DNA of 63,169 nt, filler included, from an uncultured bacterium (GTDB lineage: Bacteria; CAZDME01; JAYEMH01), in assembly GCA_964506785.1 (NCBI GenBank). It is 8 parts of 8 records of this genome, joined end to end, with 100 filler letters (N's around TTAATTAATTAA, not from the genome) between each part and the next. Parts side by side here need not be neighbours in the genome. Positions count along the whole stretch, not along the records: positions 8,920 to 17,220 come from CAZDME010000057.1; positions 17,321 to 25,340 come from CAZDME010000058.1; 6 more parts are not named here. One strand, written 5' to 3'. Positions 10,985 through 21,323 of the stretch are shown in pieces (within the stretch, counting starts at the first letter, position 1; each line of letters begins with the position of its first letter). The position numbers and the translations under genes are program-made. The notes beneath the pieces are model-generated. The model did no database searches. It was not told where the DNA came from and worked only from the letters and a program-made list of their open reading frames with translations.

Positions 10985-12151
10985 CTATTCCCGCACTCCT
11001 AAATAATTAACCTCACTTTTTACCTTATCCAGATGTAAATCTTTCAGTGTGCCGCTTATATCCTTAACCTTAATATCCCTGCCGCCTAAACCGTAGACAA
11101 AATTAACTACTTCAGGATGAGGCGATTGTTTATATAAAGCACTTTTTATTTCCATAAAGACCGGGCCTCCAGAGGAATTCAAAGCATCGGCACGGTCAAA
11201 AACAGCCACTTTCTTTACTTTACTCAAAGCCTTAATTATTTCCTTGTAAGGAAAGGGGCGAAACATTCTGATTTTTATGAGTCCGGCCTTTATTTTTTGG
11301 CTTCGCAGTTCATCAATGGCTATTTTTGCCGTCCCGGCCGTTGAGCCAATGGCAATCATGGCTACTTCGGCATCATCCATTCTATATGATTCGAACAGTT
11401 CATAGCGGCGCCCAAATTTTTGAGAGAACTCCCGGCTTACACCGTTTACCGCCTCTTCGGCCTGATTCATTGCCTCAATCTGGGCTCGTTTATGTTCAAA
11501 GAAATAATCGGTAAAATCTAAAGCCCCCAGGGTAACCGGCTTTTCCACATCAAGCAGCGGATACTGAGGCTGATATTCGCCGATAAATTTTTTTACCTCG
11601 CTGTCAGAAACCATCTCCAACCGCTCCATGGCGTGGCTGATAATGAAACCATCTACCGTCACCAGAACCGGCAGGAGGGCTTTTTCCGCCATACTAACGG
11701 CCTGAATAACGTTATCGTATCCTTCCTGGGGGTTTTCGCTATAAAGCTGAATCCAACCGGAATCTCTCGCCCCCATGGTATCAGAATGGTCACAATGAAT
11801 ATTTATTGGTGCCGAAAGAGAGCGGTTAACTACACACATAACGATAGGAAGGCGTAGGGCCGAAGCGATATAAAGCATCTCCCACATTAAAGCTAACCCT
11901 TGAGAAGAAGTCGCCGTCATTGCCCGCGAACCAGCCGCTGAGGCGCCAATGCAGGCACTCATGGCGCTGTGTTCGCTTTCTACGGCGACAAATTCTGTAT
12001 GGACCCGGCCGTCAGCCACAAATTGGGCAAAAATCTGGACGATTTCTGTCGCCGGGGTAATCGGATAGGCGGCAACGACATCAGGATTTATCTGCCGCAT
12101 GGCTTCGGCCATGGCTTCGTTTCCGGTTTTAGCGACAATTAATTTTTCCAT
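10985..12151 (-). CDS. porA: Pyruvate:ferredoxin oxidoreductase alpha subunit
   Basis: AAYPITPATE, VESEHSAMS, ATSSQGLALM, YGLGGRD. Confidence 0.96.
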   Translation of the reverse strand: MEKLIVAKTGNEAMAEAMRQINPDVVAAYPITPATEIVQIFAQFVADGRVHTEFVAVESEHSAMSACIGASAAGSRAMTATSSQGLALMWEMLYIASALRLPIVMCVVNRSLSAPINIHCDHSDTMGARDSGWIQLYSENPQEGYDNVIQAVSMAEKALLPVLVTVDGFIISHAMERLEMVSDSEVKKFIGEYQPQYPLLDVEKPVTLGALDFTDYFFEHKRAQIEAMNQAEEAVNGVSREFSQKFGRRYELFESYRMDDAEVAMIAIGSTAGTAKIAIDELRSQKIKAGLIKIRMFRPFPYKEIIKALSKVKKVAVFDRADALNSSGGPVFMEIKSALYKQSPHPEVVNFVYGLGGRDIKVKDISGTLKDLHLDKVKSEVNYLGVRE

Positions 12152-12160
12152 ATTGCCTTC

Positions 12161-12457
12161 CTATTTTGCTTCCCGTTCCATTTTTATCGCTTTGCCCTTA
12201 ACCGGGCAGACTTTTTCACAAATTCCGCAGCCCTTACAGTGTTTATAATCCACCCCGACAACCTTACCGTCTTTAACGATAATCGAACTGTCCGGGCAAT
12301 AAATCCAGCACTGGAGACAATGGATGCATTTCTCGGCGATATGGACCGGACGCATGCTCCGCCAGCCGCCGGTTTCATATTTATCGGCATTACCGGCTTC
12401 TAAAATTAGTCCCCGGAGAGGTAATTCGCGCCAGGTAGGTTCTTTTTTATCTTTCAT
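12161..12457 (-). CDS. porD: Pyruvate:ferredoxin oxidoreductase delta subunit (2x[4Fe-4S])
   Basis: TGGWRSMRP; CIHCLQCWIYCP and CKGCGICEKVCP; likely start ATG 12457. Confidence 0.93.
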   Translation of the reverse strand: MKDKKEPTWRELPLRGLILEAGNADKYETGGWRSMRPVHIAEKCIHCLQCWIYCPDSSIIVKDGKVVGVDYKHCKGCGICEKVCPVKGKAIKMEREAK

Positions 12458-12467
12458 ATCATTCTTT

Positions 12468-12574
12468 ATCCCGTTAGAAGTGAGTTGCCACCCCATACTA
12501 TCTCTTACAGCAAGCTACGCGTCAGGTAGGCAACTGCCCCGCGAGCATTTGCTCGCGGGGACTTCTACTAGGGT
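12468..12574. repeat. Structured palindromic element (REP/MITE-like) between porC and porD
   Basis: TAGAAGT/ACTTCTA, AGTTGCC/GGCAACT and CCCCGCGAGCA/TGCTCGCGGGG stems. Confidence 0.65.
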
Positions 12575-13149
12575 TCGCTCTTTACTGCCGTATAAGCTTT
12601 CTTAATCGCCTCTAGATTCCCGGTAATAACCTCGGGTTTATGACGGAATTTAGCCTCTAATTTCCTTTTCATATCTTCAATCATCTTATCAAGCTTGAGA
12701 AGACCGCTCACTTTAGCTAACGCCCCAAGCATCGGGGTATTGGGAATATCCCGTTTGATATTCTCCAGGGCAATACCCGAGGCATCGATAGTATAAATCT
12801 GGCCGACTTTAATATTAAATTTCTCCCGCAGTTCCCCGGGAGATAATTGGGTATTAACAATTAATTTACCGTTTGCAGGTAGTCCTTGAGTGACATCGAG
12901 AGTATTCATCAGGGTAGAATCAAGAACAACAACAATATCCGGGCTGGTTACTGCGGCATGAATAGTAATCGGTTTATCGCTTAAGCGGTCAAAGGCCTGA
13001 ACCGGAGCTCCCATTCTTTCCGGGCCGTATTCTGGAAAGGCTTGAATGAATTTCCCTTCGCTGATAGCCGCATCTGCAAAAAGAAGGGCAGCGGTTTTGG
13101 CACCCTGCCCTCCTCGGCCATGCCATCGAATTTCAATTAAATCCTGCAT
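12568..13149 (-). CDS. porC: Pyruvate:ferredoxin oxidoreductase gamma subunit
   Basis: IEIRWHGRGGQGAKTA, QAFPEYGPERMGAP, PNTPMLGA. Confidence 0.96.
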   Translation of the reverse strand: MQDLIEIRWHGRGGQGAKTAALLFADAAISEGKFIQAFPEYGPERMGAPVQAFDRLSDKPITIHAAVTSPDIVVVLDSTLMNTLDVTQGLPANGKLIVNTQLSPGELREKFNIKVGQIYTIDASGIALENIKRDIPNTPMLGALAKVSGLLKLDKMIEDMKRKLEAKFRHKPEVITGNLEAIKKAYTAVKSEP

Positions 13150-13158
13150 TTATCTAAA

Positions 13159-13983
13159 TTAAAGATTAGGAATTTCTGTTGAAGTCCCCTCTTGGGCTGC
13201 CGCCGTTTGAGACCCGCCTTTCAAGGTGAAGTAATAGGCCATTAACACAGAGACTAAAGCAATGTTAAGATAGGCCCCTACGGCACCAACAATAAATATC
13301 CGGTAAAGGTTAGCTAAGATTACCACCTTCCTCAGTAAAACCTGGGGAAGAGAAATGGCTAAGTTAACCAAAAAAGCCACTAGTACCATAATAACGACTA
13401 GAGCCAAAATTTTGAAAAGATTAACTATTGGCTTCCTGGCTATTTCAATGCTTTTCTTAAGCCCGGCAATAACGCCAATATCTTCACTGACTAAGGCATA
13501 GGGCCAAAAAACTAACATCACAGTTAAAGTGATACCAAAAAGAATGTAGATAGCCAGAAGCAAGCCCAAAATAATTTTTATCACTGTCTCCCCGGCAGCC
13601 ATACCTCCGACTAAAGCGGCAAAGATAAAACCATAGACGGCGGCAATGACAAATCCCAAAAGCCCAGAGAGAAGAAGCCGGAGATAATATTTCTTCCCAA
13701 AAGTGACAAACTCCGCGATATTAGCCGCGCCCTTTTTAATCGCTTCCTGGACAGAGCCTAAAACACCGCCCATAACAAAAATTTGAACCAAAACAGATAA
13801 AATAATAATGATCAAGAATCCCCCTCCAGGTATCACTGGAGCTATTCCTGGAGCGGCCGCCCCCATCCGGCGGATAAAAGGTAAACTAATCAATCCAAAG
13901 ACTATGCCAACTCCATAAACAATCAAAACAAGTTTTAAATTTTTACTGGCCACACTAAAGCCTTTTTTGATCGCTTCAATCAT
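13159..13983 (-). CDS. Multi-pass membrane protein (about six TM helices)
   Basis: Hydrophobic helices; PYALVSED...AGLKKS motif; promoter TTGACA-N17-TATATT at 14095-14067. Confidence 0.75.
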   Translation of the reverse strand: MIEAIKKGFSVASKNLKLVLIVYGVGIVFGLISLPFIRRMGAAAPGIAPVIPGGGFLIIIILSVLVQIFVMGGVLGSVQEAIKKGAANIAEFVTFGKKYYLRLLLSGLLGFVIAAVYGFIFAALVGGMAAGETVIKIILGLLLAIYILFGITLTVMLVFWPYALVSEDIGVIAGLKKSIEIARKPIVNLFKILALVVIMVLVAFLVNLAISLPQVLLRKVVILANLYRIFIVGAVGAYLNIALVSVLMAYYFTLKGGSQTAAAQEGTSTEIPNL

Positions 13984-14146
13984 TATTCCCCCCCCCTTTC
14001 TCGTAATGGTAAGGTTATTTATCCAATGTATAAAACTTATGCGAACCGCCAATAATGTATAGACTCAATATAGCAGATTGAGGAGATAGTGTCAAGGATA
14101 AGTTGCCCTATTTAGCTGGTTACCGGTCTTAAACCCTTTATTTTCC

Positions 14147-14743
14147 CTACATCTCTTTTCTTCCCTCGAGCGACTTGGCTAAAGTAGCCTCATCAATAAA
14201 TTCTAATTCACTCCCCATAGGAATACCCCGGGCTAACTGGGTTACCTTGACCTTTAAAGAATTAAGTGTTTTAACCAGATATAACGCCGTGGCTTCTCCT
14301 TCGACACTGGGGTTAGTGGCTAAAATCACCTCTTTTACGCCGCCTTTTTTACAGCGTTCAATCAGCTCATTTATCTTTAAATCGTTAGGCCCAATACCTT
14401 CAAGGGGGCTAATTAACCCTAAAAGAACATGATAAACACCCCGAAAACTGCCCGTCTTTTCAATGGAGACGACATCGTGCGGACTTTCCACCACACAAAT
14501 TTGAGTTTTATCACGGGAATGATTCGAGCAAATAGAGCATGGGTCAGATTCGGTCAGATTGAAACAGATAGAACAATAGCGGACATTATTTTTAAAGGCC
14601 ATTAAGCTCTGGGCCAAAGAAATAATATCGCCTCGGGAGGATTTAAGAAAATGCAGAGCTAAACGCTCGGCGCTTTTTGCCCCCAAACCGGGCAGTTTCT
14701 TTAATCTATTAATTAAATCCTCAACCCTTTTTGGATAATACAA
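14147..14743 (-). CDS. recR: Recombination mediator RecR
   Basis: LPGLGAKSAERLA HhH, CxxC...CxxC zinc finger, YHVLLG, ATNPSVEGEATA; TTG start 14743 with AGGAG RBS gives 198 aa. Confidence 0.97.
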   Translation of the reverse strand: MYYPKRVEDLINRLKKLPGLGAKSAERLALHFLKSSRGDIISLAQSLMAFKNNVRYCSICFNLTESDPCSICSNHSRDKTQICVVESPHDVVSIEKTGSFRGVYHVLLGLISPLEGIGPNDLKINELIERCKKGGVKEVILATNPSVEGEATALYLVKTLNSLKVKVTQLARGIPMGSELEFIDEATLAKSLEGRKEM

Positions 14744-14744
14744 A

Positions 14745-16454
14745 TCAATCTCCTTCGATAATTTCTCCTTTAAAAAGATGTAACATTTTTTCAATCAGGG
14801 GATCGTGAGATTTTGCTTTAGCTTGAAACTTTGGATTTTTATCTTCAGCTTCCACTTCGCCCTGGGATAAAATGCATTTAATGGCTAAATCTTCATCTAA
14901 TTTTTCCTTGATAATTTCTTGTATCAGACGTTTATTATTCCCGCCCTCGACGCTTTCTTTGTGAAACTTACAACTGGGTTTAAAATCTAAAGTAAGCACT
15001 TTATCCATTAGTTTAGACGGCTTCGCTTCAGCCAGAAAGGCCCCCGCGGTAATCTTAGCCTTTCGGACCTGTTGGACAATCTCCGGCCAGAACTTTTCTA
15101 TCTGAGAAAGGGAAAGTATCTTCCCCGTTTTATTGTTCGGCGTTGCTCCTTGATCTCCCCCCTCGTTTCCTTCTTCTTTTCTGTCTACCTCCTCGGCCTT
15201 TTCCCTGGACCCACCCCTGGAGCGAACTCCATGTCCAGCCTGAGAGTGGGCACTAAAATCGCTGCTAGCCGGAACTTCTGATACCTTGAGACTATCATTA
15301 TTTTCTCCGGCTAATTTCCTCTCCAACTCAGCCAACCGTTTAAGAATATCCTGGAAAGAGGCTACCTTAGGCAATTCAGTCAAGCTGATAATGGCCATCT
15401 CTAAGGCGAATTTGATTGAGTGAGTCCCTTTCGATGCTCCTTCGACCTCAGCTAAAAGATAGATTATCTCCAGCAACTCCTCCAAGCTGAACTGATTGCT
15501 TAATAAATCCAACCGCTGAATTGTGTGAAACGGCAAATCCACCAATTGCTTTGAATCCTCACCTAATTTCAACATAACCAGATTACGAAAATGTTCTAAA
15601 CAAGAACTTAAGAAAAACCGCAAATCTTTTCCTTCGTTTAACAGGTTGTTTATAATCTTAAGCCCTGCGGCCGTATCCCGCCTGGCAATGGCTGAAGTAA
15701 GCTCTTCAAACACTGCTTCTTTAACTGTCCCCAGTAAAATATAAACGTCTTCTTCGGTTATTTTCTTTTCAGTAAAAGAAATTAATTGGTCGAGAACGCT
15801 CTGCGCATCACGCATGCTTCCCTCGGCACTCCGGGCGATAGAGATAAGGGCCTCATCAGTAATTTTTATTTTCTCCGCTTGGATGATCTTTTTGAGCTGT
15901 TCGACTATTTCCTGGACGGTAAGCAAGCGGAAATCAAAACGCTGGCAGCGGGAAAGAATAGTCGAAGGGACACGGGAGGCTTGAGTGGTGGCAAAAATGA
16001 ATTTGACATGAAGCGGCGGTTCCTCCAGAGTTTTCAAGAGGGCATTAAAAGCTTCGGTAGTCAGCATATGCACTTCATCTATTATATAAACTTTATACTT
16101 TCCTGCGGCCGGGGTAAATTTTACGTTTGCACGAAGATTCCGAATTTCATCAATGCCCCGATTGGAAGCGCCGTCAATTTCTAAAACATCTAAACTTGTC
16201 CCTTGCGAAATCTCCTGGCAAGACGGACACTTGTTACAGGCAGTCGGGGTGGGCCCTTTAAGACAATTTAAAGATTTGGCCAGGAGGCGGGCGGTAGTGG
16301 TTTTGCCGATCCCCCGGGGTCCAGAAAAAAGGTAGGCGTGAGCCAGGCGGTCGGCCTTAATGGCATTTTTTAAGGTGGTAGTAATATGTTTTTGCCCGAC
16401 AACTTCTTCAAAGGTCTTGGGACGCCACTTACGGGCAAGAACAATATAGGCCAT
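14745..16454 (-). CDS. dnaX: DNA polymerase III gamma/tau
   Basis: LARKWRP, GPRGIGKTT, IDEVHML, FNALLKTLEEPP, SRCQRF. Confidence 0.98.
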   Translation of the reverse strand: MAYIVLARKWRPKTFEEVVGQKHITTTLKNAIKADRLAHAYLFSGPRGIGKTTTARLLAKSLNCLKGPTPTACNKCPSCQEISQGTSLDVLEIDGASNRGIDEIRNLRANVKFTPAAGKYKVYIIDEVHMLTTEAFNALLKTLEEPPLHVKFIFATTQASRVPSTILSRCQRFDFRLLTVQEIVEQLKKIIQAEKIKITDEALISIARSAEGSMRDAQSVLDQLISFTEKKITEEDVYILLGTVKEAVFEELTSAIARRDTAAGLKIINNLLNEGKDLRFFLSSCLEHFRNLVMLKLGEDSKQLVDLPFHTIQRLDLLSNQFSLEELLEIIYLLAEVEGASKGTHSIKFALEMAIISLTELPKVASFQDILKRLAELERKLAGENNDSLKVSEVPASSDFSAHSQAGHGVRSRGGSREKAEEVDRKEEGNEGGDQGATPNNKTGKILSLSQIEKFWPEIVQQVRKAKITAGAFLAEAKPSKLMDKVLTLDFKPSCKFHKESVEGGNNKRLIQEIIKEKLDEDLAIKCILSQGEVEAEDKNPKFQAKAKSHDPLIEKMLHLFKGEIIEGD

Positions 16455-16633
16455 TTATTACCGTCCTTATCTATATCTATGCGGTGAAGAAGGAGAGTTT
16501 TCTAATTTCGGGAAGACCTTTCGCTTCGAACCTATTTTAAGAGAAAGTATTAAAATAATCAAGGAAAATTTCTACCCAGCAATATCAAGTTTGGCAGCCT
16601 CGACAATGATTCTATTTTAAATTTAAGAAAAGC

Positions 16634-17188
16634 CTAGATTCCTTTTTTTAATTCTCTGTCATAGAAAAAACTCCACATTAGTTGAGAGAGTCGGTCATAA
16701 AGCCATCCCAAGGGCAATCTAGCTAAAACAGGAAGGATACATTTGACTATAGGAATTTTTACAGTTAGCATGAATAATTTTTGCAATCTGTAGATTTTTA
16801 CTGAATCCTTGCTATAGCTATGGCTTACCTTGAATCTATTGAACCGGGGAGACAGAATGTCATGCCTAACTTTATCTGAAAAAAATTTGGTGCCCGGGTA
16901 GGGTTGAAATATTGCTGACCATACGATGTCTGGTTTTAGTCGGACATTCAGATCGACCGTTTTTAATGCTAGTTTAAAATTTTCTTGTGGTAAACCAAAC
17001 ATATTAAATGTATGAAAGCTTATTTTTTTCTTTTTCAATATTTCCACACCCTTTTTTATCGTCGCATCTGATAAATTTTTATTTAAAACTTTATTGCGAA
17101 TATATTCGTCGCCAGATTCTATTCCTATTCCAACCCTAAAACAGCCTGCTTCTATTAGCTGCTCAATTATATTTTCAGAAATATAATT
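16634..17188 (-). CDS. Radical SAM protein (B12-binding type), C-terminal fragment
   Basis: EAGCFRVGIGIESG...NMFGLPQE...FQPYPGT; frame open to 17188; an in-frame TAA lies about 30 nt from the contig end. Confidence 0.8.
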   Translation of the reverse strand, partial: NYISENIIEQLIEAGCFRVGIGIESGDEYIRNKVLNKNLSDATIKKGVEILKKKKISFHTFNMFGLPQENFKLALKTVDLNVRLKPDIVWSAIFQPYPGTKFFSDKVRHDILSPRFNRFKVSHSYSKDSVKIYRLQKLFMLTVKIPIVKCILPVLARLPLGWLYDRLSQLMWSFFYDRELKKGI

Positions 17189-17220
17189 TTAACAAGACCT
17201 GTTGTTAAAGCATTGATTGA

Positions 17221-17320
17221 NNNNNNNNNNNNNNNNNNNNNNNNNNNNNNNNNNNNNNNNNNNNTTAATTAATTAANNNNNNNNNNNNNNNNNNNNNNNN
17301 NNNNNNNNNNNNNNNNNNNN
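17221..17320. other. Artificial contig linker 2
   Basis: N-run with TTAATTAATTAA. Confidence 0.99.
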
Positions 17321-19357
17321 GCTACTTTTATTGGGATGAATGCTATGGGAATGACCATAAATGTCGTTAGTATGTTTGGCTTGATTATCGTTCTGGGTAT
17401 GCTGGTTGATGACGGTATTATTGTCGCTGAAAATGTTTACCGGCATATTGAAGAAGGGGTATCACCGCGGTTAGCCGCGGTTAAAGGGACAGAAGAAGTG
17501 ATGGGAGCCGTTATTACCGCGGTAGCGACAACTATCGCTGCCTTTTCTCCCTTGCTATTTATGTCCGGTATCATGGGAAAGTTTATCTGGAATTTACCGG
17601 CGGTGGTAATTGTGGCTTTGCTGGCATCACTTGGGGAAGCCCTTATTATCCTACCTTCCCATCTGGCTGATTTTGTAAAAGCAAAAGTTAACGACCAGGT
17701 TAAGGCCTTAAAGTCAGTTAAAAGTATTCCCTGGTTCAAAAGGCTGGTTTCTTTCTACTCCAAAATACTCCAGGCGGCCATCCAGAGGAAATATCGAGTC
17801 CTGGGCGGTTTTTCACTTTTTTTTATTATTTGCATGATTTTGTCTTTCACCGTTATAAAATTTATTCTTTTCCCAAGTACCGGCATAGATTACTTTTTTA
17901 TCAGGGTTGAAGCCCCCATTGAAACACCTTTGGAAAAGACAAATAAGCTGATGCTTCCCATTGAACGTATTGTCTCCGAGCTGCCGAAAAACGAGCTGGA
18001 TACCTATGTTACCACCGTGGGTGAAAGTGCCGAGGACCGTCAGGATCCGTTTGCCGGCCGGGGAAGTAATCTCGGACAAGTAACAGTTTATCTTACTCCG
18101 GAACAAGATAGAAAAAGAAAAGCCGATGAAATAATTGCCGAATTGCGGGAAAAAACCAAGAAAATCGAAGGGCTTACTGACCTTAGATTTGATAAAGCCG
18201 AAGGTGGTCCGCCGGTAGGCAAGCCGGTTGAGGCGCAAATAAGAGGCGAGGATTTTAATATTCTTGACCAAATAGCCGCCGAATATATGGATTTTTTATC
18301 TGCCGTTGACGGCACCTCCGATATTACCTGGGATCATAAACCCGGTAAAGAGGAAATTCGGGTCAGGGTTGACCGGGAAAAGGCAACAATGGCCGGTTTG
18401 ACCATCAGAAAGATTGCCCAGACAATCCGGGGGGTTTTCGAAGGAAATATTGCCACTGCTATCAAACCAATTAAAGCCGAAGAGGAAACTGATGTAACCA
18501 TAAGATTTAATAAAGAGGAAACCAAGGATGTTTCTGTTTTCGAAAGTATTTTTGTCTTAAACCAATTCGGCAATTTAATTCCGCTCAAAAAAGTGGCAGA
18601 CATTGAAAAAGTCCCGGGGACAACCACTATTCGCCACTTGGATGGGAAACGGGTAGTCACGGTATCAAGTAATGTTGATAATGAAAAAGCAACTTCAATG
18701 AAAGTAAATAAAATGCTGGAGAAAAAATTTCGTGATATCCCGGATAGGTACCTCGGGTATTCGGTTAAATATGGCGGAGAACAGGAAGAAACGGTAGAGT
18801 CGCTAAAAAGTTTGCTTAAGGCAGGTTTTTTTGCCTTTCTGGTTATCCTTTTAATCCTGGCATCATTTTTTAGGTCATTAATTCAACCGTTAATTGTTTT
18901 AATGGCTGTTCCGTTTGGTCTTATTGGTGTAGTGGTGGCGTTTTTATTTCACGGTTTACCTTTGTCTTTTCTGGCAATTTTCGGCATCATCGGCTTAATC
19001 GGCATTGTGGTTAATGACTCGATAATCCTGGTTGACTTTATTAACAAATTGAGGAGAGCCGGAATAGAAAGAAGGGAGTCGATTATTAAAGCCGGCCAGA
19101 TGAGAATAAGGCCGGTTATGCTGACTACCATTACTACCGTTGGCGGACTTTCCACCGTAGCCTATGGTATTGGCGGTAAAGATCCTTTTTTGGTGCCCAC
19201 GGCTATGGCTTTATGCTGGGGGCTTTTATTTGCTACCGTTCTCACCTTAGTGATTATCCCCTGTATCTATTCTGTCCTTGATGATTTGGCCATAAAAATA
19301 ACCAAGCACACCAGTTTGATTAGCCGGTGTAAAGTAAATAATGGTCAGCCAGAATAG
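17321..19357 (+). CDS. RND efflux permease (AcrB family), 5'-truncated
   Basis: GMLVDDGIIVAENV, GIVVNDSIILVD, RIRPVMLTTITT. Confidence 0.95.
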   Translation, partial: ATFIGMNAMGMTINVVSMFGLIIVLGMLVDDGIIVAENVYRHIEEGVSPRLAAVKGTEEVMGAVITAVATTIAAFSPLLFMSGIMGKFIWNLPAVVIVALLASLGEALIILPSHLADFVKAKVNDQVKALKSVKSIPWFKRLVSFYSKILQAAIQRKYRVLGGFSLFFIICMILSFTVIKFILFPSTGIDYFFIRVEAPIETPLEKTNKLMLPIERIVSELPKNELDTYVTTVGESAEDRQDPFAGRGSNLGQVTVYLTPEQDRKRKADEIIAELREKTKKIEGLTDLRFDKAEGGPPVGKPVEAQIRGEDFNILDQIAAEYMDFLSAVDGTSDITWDHKPGKEEIRVRVDREKATMAGLTIRKIAQTIRGVFEGNIATAIKPIKAEEETDVTIRFNKEETKDVSVFESIFVLNQFGNLIPLKKVADIEKVPGTTTIRHLDGKRVVTVSSNVDNEKATSMKVNKMLEKKFRDIPDRYLGYSVKYGGEQEETVESLKSLLKAGFFAFLVILLILASFFRSLIQPLIVLMAVPFGLIGVVVAFLFHGLPLSFLAIFGIIGLIGIVVNDSIILVDFINKLRRAGIERRESIIKAGQMRIRPVMLTTITTVGGLSTVAYGIGGKDPFLVPTAMALCWGLLFATVLTLVIIPCIYSVLDDLAIKITKHTSLISRCKVNNGQPE

Positions 19358-19367
19358 TTTCATTCCT

Positions 19368-20105
19368 ATGCTGATAAAAAAAAATTCCGTTTTTTTCCTA
19401 TTTATATTTTCCTTTCTTTTAACCGGCTGTGCCGGCCTTCATTTCAGCGCCCCTGGGCCTCTTCAACTTTTTGCCCTTAAAAAGAATCTAAATGGAATTT
19501 ATCATCGAGTAAAGAAAGGGCAGACTCTCTGGCGGATTGCCAAAACTTATGGCGTCCCCCTGGAAGAGATTGTCCGGGTAAACCGTATTCCTGATGCTCA
19601 TCGGATTCGAGCCGGACAGTTAATTTTTGTTCCCGGCGAAAAGAGCAAAAAAAGTGTAGTTACCTATCAACCCGGATATACAAAGGGAAAAAGAAAAGTA
19701 AAAATCAAGCCTTCGGAGGAAATCCCTGATTTAGCCAAGGGGGATTTCATCTGGCCGGTTAAGGGGCGTCTTTCCTCTTACTTTGGAAAGCGAAAGGGGG
19801 GTTTTCATTACGGCATAGACATTGCTGCTCCCCGGGGGAGAGCGGTTAGGGCCAGTCGGAAAGGGACAGTTTCTTACAGCCAGGTGATGCGGGGCTATGG
19901 CAATGTAATTATTATTGACCATGGTGACGGTTTTTCTTCGGTTTATGCCCACAATCAGGTAAATTTAGTTAAAGAAAACGAAAAGGTTAAACAAGGACAG
20001 TTAATTGCCAAAGTTGGTTCTACCGGGCGGGCCCGGGGAAACCACCTTCATTTTGAAATAAGAAAAGGGACTAAACCAAAAAACCCTTTATTTTACCTTC
20101 CTTAA
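19368..20105 (+). CDS. LysM + M23 peptidase lipoprotein (NlpD-like)
   Basis: LTGC lipobox; YHRVKKGQTLWRIA LysM; HYGID, YAHN, HLHFE. Confidence 0.93.
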   Translation: MLIKKNSVFFLFIFSFLLTGCAGLHFSAPGPLQLFALKKNLNGIYHRVKKGQTLWRIAKTYGVPLEEIVRVNRIPDAHRIRAGQLIFVPGEKSKKSVVTYQPGYTKGKRKVKIKPSEEIPDLAKGDFIWPVKGRLSSYFGKRKGGFHYGIDIAAPRGRAVRASRKGTVSYSQVMRGYGNVIIIDHGDGFSSVYAHNQVNLVKENEKVKQGQLIAKVGSTGRARGNHLHFEIRKGTKPKNPLFYLP

Positions 20106-20373
20106 TTTTTGTAATCATTTGATTTATAAGGATTTATATGACTATTTAGAGAAATCACTTTAAAAGGTTTTGCTTAAACTTGGTTGTTTTTGCTTATTCC
20201 TGCTCATTTGAAGCCGTTTTTTGCAGATAGAAAGCTTGAAAGGAAGTATGGCGCATTTGAAGCTTATGCCTATCAAAACAATCTCGAGATACACGAATCT
20301 ATTGACAAAAATCCGGATTTAGTTTAGTATGAACGAAATTAAATAAAACCGGGAAAAAGAGCAAAGATATCAG

Positions 20374-20793
20374 ATGGATATTAAAACACAAAAAATAAGG
20401 TTTTCAACCAAGGGGCATACGGATATAATCGACCTTACCGATAAAGTGGAAGATGTAATGGAGAAGTCTGGTTTTAAGGAGGGGACTGTTAACATTTTTA
20501 CCGTTGGTTCAACGGCTGGTATTACCACGGTTGAATATGAACCTGGTTTGATTCAGGATTTGAAAACTTCCTTTGATAAAATTATACCGGAAAATGCGCA
20601 ATATGCCCACAATGCCCGTTGGGGCGATGGAAATGGCTACGCTCATATTCGTTCTTCTTTTTTAAAATCATCTTTGAGCGTGCCGTTTACTCAAAATAAA
20701 CTTTGCCTGGGTACCTGGCAGCAGATTGTTTATCTTGATTTTGATAACCGCCCCCGGGAACGTCAGGTGGTCATCCAGGTAATGGGAAAGTGA
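20374..20793 (+). CDS. yjbQ: YjbQ/UPF0047 family protein
   Basis: GSTAGITT-x-E, HN...DGNGYAHIRS, LGTWQQI. Confidence 0.92.
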   Translation: MDIKTQKIRFSTKGHTDIIDLTDKVEDVMEKSGFKEGTVNIFTVGSTAGITTVEYEPGLIQDLKTSFDKIIPENAQYAHNARWGDGNGYAHIRSSFLKSSLSVPFTQNKLCLGTWQQIVYLDFDNRPRERQVVIQVMGK

Positions 20794-21323
20794 AATCGAT
20801 GGATTTATTTGAAGTCATTGAAAAGCGCAGAAGTGTAAGAAGCTATCTGCCTGATGAAATTGACGAAAAAGATATACAAGAAATTTTTGAAGTGGTAAGA
20901 AAAGCCCCTTCCGCCAAGAATCTTCAGCCTTGGAGATTTATCGTTATTGATGATAAAGCCATTCAGAAAAAGTTAGTTCCGGCCTGCCGCAATCAAGCTT
21001 TTATTTCTGAAGCTCCTCTTTTAATTGTCGGTTGTGCCAACGAAGAAAAATGTTTCACCCATATGGGCCAGTATATGAAGAGTTTTTCTGTAGATTTAGC
21101 TATTATTTTTGACCATCTTACCCTGGCAGCCCGCTCTAAAGGGTTAGGCACCTGCTGGATTGGCGCTTTCGACGAAAAAGAGGTAAAAAGAATCCTTCAG
21201 CTTCCCAAGGCGGTAAGGGTTGTTGCTTTAACCCCATTGGGCTATCCAAAGGAGTGGCCGGAAGCCAAACCCCGCCGGGAGCTCCCCGGCATTATGGACT
21301 ACAATAAATATAACGATGATTGA
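20790..21323 (+). CDS. Nitroreductase family protein
   Basis: RRSVRSY, APSAKNLQPWRF, GLGTCWIG. Confidence 0.93.
   Translation: MKSMDLFEVIEKRRSVRSYLPDEIDEKDIQEIFEVVRKAPSAKNLQPWRFIVIDDKAIQKKLVPACRNQAFISEAPLLIVGCANEEKCFTHMGQYMKSFSVDLAIIFDHLTLAARSKGLGTCWIGAFDEKEVKRILQLPKAVRVVALTPLGYPKEWPEAKPRRELPGIMDYNKYNDD

Noticed and set aside
16480-16535. Possible tRNA-Ser 3' remnant or SRP RNA upstream of dnaX (minus strand GGTTCGAA...CTTCACCGCA)
   Set aside because: The two matching patches are too far apart for a T-arm and acceptor stem, and no cloverleaf or SRP core motif is present.
17189-17220. In-frame TAA in the radical SAM fragment as recoding or a pseudogene
   Set aside because: It lies within about 30 nt of a contig end, where assembly errors are likely. 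TAA, TAG and TGA all act as normal stops elsewhere in the window.
20106-20300. AT-rich spacer with repeated CATTTGAAGC and an integrase arm-like TAA-N4-TTGAT
   Set aside because: The matches are too short, and there is no integrase or att duplication to support them.
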